A DNA stretch of 64,000 bases, taken from positions 5,117,708 through 5,181,707 of the forward strand of contig OZ316891.1 of assembly GCA_973895155.1 (NCBI GenBank), in the 5' to 3' direction. This DNA comes from Marsupella aquatica (lineage: Eukaryota; Plantae; Marchantiophyta). How positions within the stretch are numbered: the stretch's first letter is position 1; the number at the start of each line of letters is the position of its first letter. Positions 54,053 to 64,000 of this stretch are shown here, one piece after another. Under the pieces are notes generated by a model. The model was not told the origin of the DNA, made no database searches, and saw only the letters and a list, made by a program, of their open reading frames with translations. Made by a program: the position numbers and the translations under genes.

Positions 54053-55789
54053 ACCAGTGAGCCCTGTTTGATTCATTATCGTGAGGACCTTTTTCGTCGA
54101 CAGTATTTGAAGGGACAGAGGACCAAAGGGAAGATAGCCCTTGGTTATGTAGCTTGCCTCCCTCTACTTGTAGTCGACCCTCCTCTATTACAGTATGAGA
54201 TTAGTATTTTATTTTGCAGACTTTTACTTAGCTTTGACTATTTGACTATCCCTTAGTCAAAGTTGACTTTTACTTTACTTAGTTTAGACTTAGAAAATGA
54301 AGAGACATGTCTCTTCATTCTCCTTAGCCCGTGGGCAATCTCATGTACTTATTGTGATACCAGTCTCATTTTGAGACAGTGTGGATAGTTATTTGCATCT
54401 CCTCATCTTGGAGTTTTGTCCCTTGTACGTGTAATGCAATTTTGCAAGGAAAATTTGTATTCCTTGAAATTTGATTACTTGTGCTAGGAGTCTACCCCTC
54501 CTTCATATGGTAATGCATGTTGCAATTGCCGTAAGAAGTAAAACCCATAAAAATACAGTTTGTGGAATGTATTAGAAGATCCGTTGGTCGGTGCCTAATC
54601 CAAACTACAACATTTGTTGTCCATTTTTGTATTTACATGAAGGACTTATCTTTGTAAGATAAGTATTGCATGTAATCAAGAAAGAGAAATCTATATGTTA
54701 ATTAAGAAGTAGCGACATTCTTAATTCAAGAATTTGAAGTACCATTGTGGCATATTGAATGTGCATTAGTTTTCCTTTGGAATTATGCATCGCTGAAAAA
54801 GGAAACATGCAGCCGGCATTTTAATGACACACTACTATACACACAATCCAAAACTTATCTTGGGTTTTGTGAGCATAGACACTTCTTAAACTTAGATTTA
54901 CGATAGAAACCTAGAGAGTAGTTATAGCAAGGTTATATTTGACTTATGAACGTCTCAAATAATGTCATAGCTCTTTCTTAAGACATGGTGACGGAGTCAA
55001 ATATTGTTAAACTATACCTCTAAAAGCTCTAAGATTCTATTATTCAGCAAATGTCCATTTTGTTCCTATTTTGTTAATTTCCTGTGTTTTGTTTAAGATC
55101 CTATTTTTCTTATAGATGTTGAGTACCATCTTTAAACCACTCAAAACACTTTAAAACATCTTTTCATCCCATTCTTGTTCTTCCACGGGAACAAACACCG
55201 AGTTTTTAGCATATATTCGATGATATTTGCTTTTGATAGCATACGACACCTAGCACCTATGCCTCCCCACTCACATGACCTACCACTATGTCAGAGCCTG
55301 CTGCACAGAAGAGTGAGGAGAAGTGTTGGTAGTTAATTTCTTTTTGTCACATATACTTCGGGAAGCAGTCGGCAGGCAGTGGATAAGGAGAGTCATTCCA
55401 AGGACCCGTAGCCCTGAATATTGTTCCTGAGCAGCAAGTGCTTGCAGCACTTGAGGGTATAGAAGCTCCATTTTCTCGAAAGCTTGCTCAAAAGTAAAAG
55501 TCTGATTATTGTAGAGGAGAGTGCAAGTTAGAGCTTTTGAAGAGTCACATCTTCCAAAAGAACAATAGTTGAGCTACATTAGCTCAATAGGCTTGTCAAT
55601 AGGTAGCATGACTTCTTTGAAGAAAAATGTTTGTTCACAAAAGTCCAGGAAGTTGTTGATATTGGTCAAAATCTGGAGTTGTCAATAACCATTGGTTACG
55701 TTAGAGCAAATGTTAAAAGCCTACAAAATTGGACCAAATTATTTAGATACTTTCCTTTTCTTCATGATTTGGCTCAATAGTTGCACAAA

Positions 55790-56240
55790 AGATGTCGTGT
55801 TGCCAAAGATCTTGATAAGAAAAAAGATGTCATGCTGCCAAAGATGTCATTAAGAAAAAACATATCATATATGTTGCCAAAGATCATGTCATTATGTGAA
55901 AGATGTCATGTAGTAAGAAGATGTCATTAAGAAAAATTTCATGTCGCCAAAGGTGATGTTAAGAAAAAATGTTGCTATGTGAAAGATGTCGTAAAGTAAA
56001 AAGATTTCATTGCACCAAAGATGTTGTTAAGTACTAAATGGTTGATAAGTAAAAGAATGTCGTCAGTCAAAGATGTTGTGGAGTAAAAATTTGAATGTTG
56101 TTAAGTACAAAATGGTTGACAATTAAAAAGATGACGTCAGTCAAAGATGTTGTAAAGTAAATGATGTTCTTAAGTACCAAATATTGTTAGTAAAAGATGT
56201 TAAGTAAAAAAGTTGTTAAGTAAATGATGTATATTGTTGC
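55790..56240. repeat. Degenerate AT-rich short-period repeat (AAAGATGT(C/T)..AAGTAAAA variants)
   Basis: Many AAGATGT variants in tandem. Confidence 0.7.
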
Positions 56241-59200
56241 CACTTTTTTGCCACCCCTTGCATCCTGAAACCCCATTGGTAACCCCAAAGTATTGGTTAC
56301 TTTAAGCCTTTTACTTAAAGTTACCACATCCGCATACTTGGCTTTGGCTGCCCCATTTCTGAGACCCCTTTGGGAAACGACACGGGTTGGCTGACTTTTC
56401 AACAACCTTTCTTTGCCACCCCTTGCATCTTAGAACCCCATTGCACGGCTCAGCCCACTTTTCAGCAACACAATTTGCTTACTCCTTGCATGGAATCCCT
56501 TTGGTAACCTCATCCAAGTTTACTTGGCTCCTTCCTCGCCAACACCATGCCCCCTTGGGGTGGTGGTGTGGTTTGCTACACTTTCCAACATTGGATGTTT
56601 GAGAGTAGGTGGTCCCCTCATATATACTTCTACAGACCTGCCACCCCTGGACCAAATTTTGTCCCAATATTTTGGCCCCCAACCCATGTGTCTTCCTATG
56701 CTAAACAGAGTGGCAAGACATAACGACAATAGAGGGCTTGTCATGGAGTTGGAACCTGGGGCAAGAAATTGAGTTAGGAATGGGACCCTGGGGTCTCAGG
56801 TTTCATTCCACCCCAGGATGTTGCCTACGTTGTTTTTCACAATTTTTGTTTTTAGACAGTGTGGCAAATGTAAGCCTCTCTAAGATAGGAGATGCTACAA
56901 TTATTCTTTATTTCCTGAATTATATCCTGATCATCAGATATCCCTAGATTTACAGACTACGTTAGATTCTGGCAAATGGGGTCCATGATTTGGTGGGAGA
57001 GTGGGGAATGGTATGTAGAGAATCTAGCAAATTTTTGCCAAAAGTGGCAAACACTTTTTTTGGAATTTGTCAAAAAATTGCAACTAAACAATACACTGGT
57101 TGGATCCAGACAAGGGCCAGGGTCATCTCCGGAGCCATTGTCCTTGTCGCTTCCTCGTCACTCTCCCTCATCGCATTGCAACTCCGCTGTTGTTGTTGCT
57201 TAAAAGCCCTCATGACCTTGGGCTTGATGTAGAGAGCTCCAAAGGGAAAGGAGCTACCCTCCTCCCTCTCTCTTAAAAGCTGTACCCTGCTGGTACAACT
57301 GTACCTCCTTACATGACCTCTATCCCCTATTTAATGCTAAACCTTAATGCTGTAAGGAGGGATGTAATATGCCCTCTACTTCTTCTGTACAGTACAACAG
57401 TCTGCAAGTACAACAATACCTGCCTTGTGCATCTTTGTGCCCCCTTTAATGCCACTCCTACCTGGCCTGTACCAGATTTCTTCACCTTCCTCTGGCTCCT
57501 TTGTTGTCTCTCTCTTTCCCCTTTTCTTTTTTTTCTCTTATTGGTTCCATTTTTACTGGTTTCAATTTTTCTCACCCACAATGACACACCAAATTTGAAT
57601 TTGAATGACCATCATGCCATTTTTGGGCACAACCTCTTATTATAGTTCTTGATACCTTCCCCTTTTCCAACCTTTCTTTGGCTGCGAAGGTACTACACTT
57701 TCTTCCATTTATTTGAACATTCAATACTTTTGAATAACATAGAATAGATTGCGGTTCATGAATTATTAGTCTAAAATGGCCTGAACGCCCATTTTTTGAA
57801 TGTGAATAAAATAATGAGAAAAATTGTCTTACATGCTTGTCATTTTGACATCCATAATATCCCATCATTTTTTTCATGGACATAAATTTTCTGGGACCAT
57901 AGGGTTACCATCTAGAGTCTTCACTAGACTAGAAGCCTACACCCCAACTCTAGCTTATGTTCCCTATTTATTAATATGATTTACAAATGCTCTGAATAAG
58001 ATAGGATAACTATTATTTACAAACAAGTTAATTTAGCATTGTCTTGGAGCAGGCCAGCTGTAAAGCACCTCACAAGTTGAGCGAAAGTCACCCTATAAAT
58101 GCCCTTTTTACCAGATCCTTGGCAGTGTGATATAATTATATGGCTTGACTGACCACAAATTCCAGGTTACAGTAGAGAACCCAAAGTGCAGTACAGGACA
58201 ATTAAGACATCACATTCTGTTGAATATGTTGCAGTCCCGTGTATATGGAGCGATGGCGATCCGTCTAAGCAGCACTTTCCATCTAGCTAGCTCACGAGCG
58301 TTAGAGAAATGCAGCTCAATAATTGCTCGTCACATGTCCAGTCAGAAGATGTATGTTACTCGTGAAGATATTGTCACCGTCTCCCAAGTAAATTGTGTTC
58401 TTGTGAATGTTGATCGATCGGACTGGCTCGTGATTGGATTGACTCAGGTTGAAGGCTCTGCTGTACAATCCTCTGTCTATGATACAAGATTGAAGAAGGT
58501 GAGTTGTCTCCGCGTTGGAGGCCATGCAAACAATTTTGTCGGGTCAACTGGTCAATTGACCAAATGAATATATCAGTGCTTCAAAGTACTGAGATTGGTT
58601 GAGACCTGCTTTGGTCAACATCCGCCCACTGAAAACGGATTTTAGATGGGAGGTCAGTGATGGGAGGGACAGTCTAGCTCGGGAAGCCATTGGTCTAGAG
58701 ACGTTTTTTGTTATGGTTGATCTGAGACTGTCTTTGTCTCGTGCAACATCACTCTCAGCGGTGAGAGAATTTCACTTTTCAGCTGGTTAAAACAGCATTG
58801 CTGTATGTGGACGACCAATTTTCACAGGTGACACTTTCTACTTCAATTCTAGGATCACAATTAATCAAGCCTTATCGGATTTAATCGACACATTCTCTAA
58901 TTCAATCCGGAAGTTTCCTGAGTGTGATCCTATGAAGAACATCCGGGGATGAAGTAGAAAATATCTCTTGTGGTACTATGGGACAGGGGGCTAGTAAGGA
59001 ATCTAGGGCAAGCAGAACAATTGAAATAAAAATCAGAACGACTGTGGACACAAATCACTGTATCCATCTTGGATCACTGGCGGGGCTTGTGAGTGATTTC
59101 ATGGGCTTGTGAGTGATTTCATTTCATGTTGCAATCTACTGAAATGTTGATCTCGTGTCCAAGTAATGGATGTCAGAGGATGCATGACCGGCACAAAATT

Positions 59201-59574
59201 ACTCAAACAAAATTATTCCAGCAAGTGAGCTTCATTGTGGTCTACCGAAGCCGTGAGCACTTTTGTACCGACATGCATGTACCTCAAAATTACTCAAACG
59301 AAATCACTCAAGCTAGTAAGCTTCGTTGTGGTCTTCCAAACCCTAAACCCTGAGCACTTTCTGTTCGCACCTCAAATGAAAGCTCTAGCTCTCTACTCGG
59401 GACGGATCTGTACCTTTTCTATCAGATGCACTTGTGGCTGGGTACGTTGCAACACTCGCAATCATGCTATTCATATAAAGTGAAAGAGAACCGTGGATCG
59501 CTCCCTCCAAACTACAATCCATCATCATTTTCGTCTCTGCCTGCCATGCAGGAAGTTGGGCCATTGATTACATT

Positions 59575-60160
59575 CTACCTTCTAGAAGAATTTGAGAAAT
59601 ACCTCTTGCAGTTATCTGAAACCTTGCAATTCTACGTAGTGCCTAACAAGCTACTTGTAGAATTTTGAAAAATTTAATTAGGATTGAAAGATCTAAAACA
59701 GTGAAGCTACCTTTGAAAGTAATAGAATAACAGAAGACTTAATTACCTTAAGTTGTAAAATCTATATCTGGGTTGCTTTCTTGTTAGCACCGGTCCTTTT
59801 AGAAAAATACAAGAAGTACCCTACGTATGTAGAGCAGAGATCTACAGTTGCGTCACTGATTAGAATCTAGCTTCTAGAAAAGTTTGAGAAATACCTGTTG
59901 CAGTTATCTGAAACCGTGCAACTACGCTCTACGGAGTCATGTAGATCTACATGCTGCAGTCATGTAGAATCTTGAATTATAGGATTGAGATATCTGAGAC
60001 AGGTGAAGACTAAGCTTGAAGTTGTAAAATCTGAATCTGCGCTGCTTTCTGTCAGCAAGAGTAATTCTAGATGAACACAAGAAGTACCTTAAATGTGTAG
60101 CAGGTACCTTCTCACGACCACTTCTAGAAGAGTACTTAAGTGAGATTCGTATCTGACAAG
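59575..60160. repeat. Diverged ~290-bp tandem duplication
   Basis: TTCTAGAA....TTGAGAAATACCT.TTGCAGTTATCTGAAACC at ~59580 and ~59872, with a partial third copy at ~60122. Confidence 0.7.
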
Positions 60161-63100
60161 TGACAACACTAGTGAGATCTGGTACAAAATATATGCACTA
60201 ATTGCACATCAAAATGGGACCACTTACATAAGGCACTTACCATGTCACACATCAAAATGTGACCACTTACAGAAGGCACAAACTATGTCACTGGATACCA
60301 TATAAACCTAAATATTTTGTTTACATCACTTAGAGTTTTCTAAAGGAGTACCTTGCTGTTGGTTTTTTATGTGCTGCCTACTATATATAGGGGTGCGTAC
60401 ACAACCTTGTGCAGACCACATCTCCTGGTAATTAAGTCCGGCTTCTCCTTGATGCTATGCACTGCCAAGTTACGGAAACTGGCAACTACATAGTTTACAA
60501 AACACAGTTCAGTTGAAGTTCTGCCCCAAACATATTGTCATGAGCATTAAATATAGTTGAAGTATGCGAATACAAATAACCTGGATGGATTGAGGGGTTT
60601 GTTATGAAGCCCCTAGGCAAGCCAAATATCAGTACGAGATTGCCCTATGTGTTCTATAATTGTGATTGGTACATGACTGTGTTAGTCGAACAGAATTATA
60701 CCAGAATCGCAGACAATGAACTTGACCCATGGCCCCGAGGGGGTTATGAAATATAATCTCTGAGAGCAGTGTGCCCAAGGGGGGCAGCCTTTGATGGCCC
60801 CCCAAGTGACCATGGATGAATGTCTGAGCATAACCCCCAAGTGCAGTATTCCTCAATTTGTTTCATGCAAAAGTACCCCTGAAAATGGGCAATGCCCTAC
60901 GAGAGCTAGCCAGGGGGCAGAAATCCATCAACCCCCGCCCCCACCCCCCCAAGCTGGCAGAGAGGGGTTTAATCAAGACATTAATTCAATCTATTGTGCC
61001 CAAATAACATTGGTCACTGGCCTGGTTTTAGACATAGTTTTGCATGGTTTGTATCTTAGTTATTGCACACCAAAATGTGACAGTGACAGTGTGAATACAA
61101 TGGAATCCATCTGAATATATTGCAAAATCCATGGGAGCATTTTGACAAATCCAAAGGTCTATCCTGGCTCCATTTTCCCATGTTGAAATCAGCATAAGCT
61201 TATTATTTTAGTCTGTTTAAAATCAGTATAAACTCAGTTATTTTGTCCAAGTACACCTTATATTTTACAATCTGATGTGCAATTAACATGTGCTAAAAGG
61301 GGTGCATTATTTTGCATCCCCTCTGATTCATATCCCCAAAGTTTTTTGCCTGAAAAGCCCAATTGAAATTCATCCAAAAAGCCAACATACAAAAAGGGTG
61401 GCACACAATTCAAGAGGGGGTCAGCAAGGGGGGGGGGGGACCAAAGGTTGAGTAGCCACAGGAGGGGAGAGGCTGGCACCAGGAGTGAAGCAGGCCCCAA
61501 AGAAAGGAAGCCAATTAAACCAGAAATTTAACCACTACAAAGGGATCAGCTAACCCCAAAAGATTGGCCAGTGAACAGGTGCAGGCGGGGCACCTAACAA
61601 TGAATCCAGGATAGAAAGAACTATCAGAAAGAACTTTCAGTACGACTTCTACTCTTACAAAGGGATCACATTCATGGTGGTGTAGGCTGGAATGGCTGGA
61701 CCTGCAAAATGTCAGTCATGAATTTCACAGAGAGCATTCCATGATCCCTAGTTGATGATCATGTCATTGATACTCTTATTCATATCCCGCTCTGATTCGT
61801 ATCCATGGCATACTTGGGGCAAAGAATGACGTCCCCGTATTGGGATCGCACCTCATTTTTTCCGGTTCATATGGTCGTAGAGCTCGACTGAGAATAATCA
61901 TTTTTCAGCACAATCTAAAGGCTGAGCAGAGCAGCTGCTGGCCTGCCCAGTAGTGTTAGTAGCTGGCCTGCCAGACGAAAGCTGCTCGCAGAAGTGACAG
62001 TCTGCTGCAATGCAATGCAAAGTTTTGCAATGTTGTAGCCCTGAGTAACGTGGTGCTGAATTGTTGTGCGCGTGCTGCATGACTTGTTGAGGGACTGTGC
62101 TGGATCCCTGACTCCACCAAGCATGGCACGCTTGGAGTCAGTTGAATCTGCTTTGTCAGGAAGAAAGCTGGTCGGCTATGGTTATCAGTAGCTGGGTGTG
62201 CTGCAAATTTCCATCCGCATCGTGCGCTAGATCGCCTGGGTCCACTGGTGTCTGGACTTCCAGGCTCCCGCCCGTCTCAATCTCTCTCTGTGGGATTCTC
62301 GCCAATTCACTGGTCTCAATGTAGGTACGAATTCCGTCCCTTGCTCCTTTAGTCCTCGTCCTTCAAGTAGGTAGGCGACCAGAAACTTATCAGTTATCAC
62401 CTCTTCATTCATGCATTCAGCCCATCTATCACTCACACATGTGTGCACCTTTATGTCCCTTGTCCTCGCCAGAGCTCGCATTGAATTCTTCCATCTGAGT
62501 TTCCGAGTCAAGTGCTCTGATTGGCCTGTCATCTCTCTTCCCTGTCCCCTGGCAACACTCCTCCGTCTGCTCTCAGGTTGCTATTCTTCCAGTATTGAGT
62601 ATTGAGCTTCATAATTATCTAACGTTTTTCGAGCAAGAGTACTCTCATCTGGATTGGTATGACCACTTTGACGTGTGCTGAGAGACAAAAAAATTGAATT
62701 CGAAGCAAGCGCTGGGTTCCTTGTAATTCGTGCAAGTTTGGATTTGAACTGTATCGCATTGTACAGCTCTCGGTAGTGTAATTTCTTCACGCGTGGAACA
62801 TGAACCAAATCAGATCGTGATCGAACACAGTCCTCGTCTCTCTGACGGGCCAGTTCTCTTCATCATGGTACCTCTCTATCGACACAAGAGTTCGATCAGC
62901 CGTCGTTGACTTACCTCAGCCTTCACTTTCCCTGATGTTGCTGAATGAGATGGATGTGTGCGCATTCGCAGGTTTGGACCCAATGCGCCGGTGCAGCATG
63001 AGTATGGCCTACTGTCAGGACATCCTGAGCTTTGAGCTTGAGCTCCCGCTTGAACTGCAGCTCCTGATTACTTTTGGCGCTGATGGTTTGATTTCTAGGA

Positions 63101-63292
63101 GTTGATTCGATGAAATTCGAACAAGCTCAACTGAGAAGTCGTTCAATGTCTTAGAAGGAGAACGGAACATCATAGTCGAGTCAACCGAAGGGAGCTTGGA
63201 GGAACCAATAGGTTAAACTGAGAGCTTGTTCAATATCTTAGAAGGAGAACGGATCATCCCAGACGATTCAAGCGAAGGAGCTTGGAGAAACG

Positions 63293-63891
63293 ATGGCCAC
63301 AATTGGTACTCAGATGTCTTTGGAATGGGGCACCATCCACCCATCAATGCTGGAGCGGGAACGAGAGCTTACATCCATGCCAAGCTCTACAACGAACACG
63401 AAGACCACCACCACGCCCACTGTTCTCAGCAACACTGTCTCTCCAATCTTCACTCCGGTTTCGACTGGAGCAAACACTCCCCAGCTGCCCTCACCTGGTC
63501 GTCCAAGTTTGATCGGCAGCCAAACTTTCTCGAACCCTGGCGGCATCTCCACCACGCACAATAACATTCGGGTTTCTGGGAAGCAAAGGCTGCTTGCAGC
63601 TTCCTCCGACAAGCCCTCGGGCGGAGAATCAGGCGTCAAGTCGCCCAGGGTTTTTGGATGGGCCACGCCTCTGCTGAGCCCCATCGGATCTCCGCTGCGC
63701 AGGCATCTTGCCAGCATGAAGGTGTACTTGCAAGAGATCGGGCACCTCACAACAATTGATCCACATGATGCGTGGCTCCCCATCACTGAGTCGCGCGGCG
63801 GCAATGCTTACTACGCTGCATTCCACAACTTGAATGCCACCATTGGCTTCCAGGCTCTAATCCTGCCCGTTGCGTTCACCTTTCTCGGCTG
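63293..63891 (+). CDS. Lysine/histidine transporter-like (LHT-like 8 type) amino-acid permease, first exon (gene continues beyond the window)
   Basis: SPIGSPLRR...YLQEIGHLTTIDPHDAWLPITESRGGNAYYAAFHNLNATIGFQALILPVAFTFLGW, followed by a GT donor at 63892. Confidence 0.9.
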
Positions 63892-64000
63892 GTAAACTCT
63901 GCTCTGGAGCAAATCTAAAATTCCTCTGTGCAATGCTCTGTTTCGCTTTTATTTCTTTCTCTAACGCTTTTCATGATAGTTCAATATTTGCTATAAAAGC

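Larger units (their letters stand above)
48592..54256 (+). pseudogene. Host-element ORF (plant transposon protein / Transposase_32-like domain plus Pro-rich region), split by the 50183-54052 insertion
   Basis: ATG at 48592, stop at 48850-48852, then GWKIDQCRNRELAHLLRFLVPIFHPTKP...KRKINCA...TYLTPYLAHIY. Removing the insertion with one TSD copy and one extra CGGAT unit at ~50150 gives the continuous read WIGSDGHPIRKTSEPCLIHYREDLF into 54058-54256. Confidence 0.7.
29983..55275 (+). mobile_element. Older LTR-like host element (~4.4 kb after removing the CACTA and the nested solo LTR), carrying an ORF
   Basis: Follows a PPT-like tract. The left end TATATGGAGAGGCATA is imperfectly inverted to the right end TATGCCTCCCCACTCACA. 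The sequence is continuous across both insertion sites. Boundaries are inferred and no TSD was found. Confidence 0.45.

Noticed and set aside
54031-54060. Helitron 3' end suggested by the hairpin
   Set aside because: No CTRR terminus at the expected distance. TG...CA ends plus a 5-bp TSD explain the boundary better.
62227-62808. Short minus-strand ORFs upstream of the LHT-like gene
   Set aside because: No recognisable motifs and multiple stops between frames.

Overview
Eukaryotic land-plant nuclear DNA; a bryophyte such as a liverwort is inferred from the style of the TE ORFs, not proven. Host genes: an 8-exon ABCG11-like half-transporter (4919-7844, +), an intronless GT31 beta-1,3-galactosyltransferase (22346-23545, +), tRNA-Gln(CTG) (26445-26516, -), and the first exon of an LHT-like amino-acid transporter (from 63293, +). 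About 30-55 kb is a nested TE complex. (i) A 17-kb CACTA/EnSpm element (30563-47587; TIRs and CAT target-site duplication) carries decayed TnpD and TnpA genes, a stand-alone EDM2-type composite PHD finger gene directly upstream of the transposase, a captured CCB1 last exon, and ~577-bp and ~83-bp tandem arrays. (ii) A 3.87-kb TG...CA element with an ACCAG TSD (50183-54052) looks like a solo LTR yet encodes a long protein. (iii) An older ~4.4-kb LTR-like host element, into which both inserted, encodes a homologous protein. The best candidates for undescribed biology are the transposon-borne EDM2-like chromatin reader and the protein-coding giant solo LTRs. All family assignments come from motif recognition by eye; no database searches were run.
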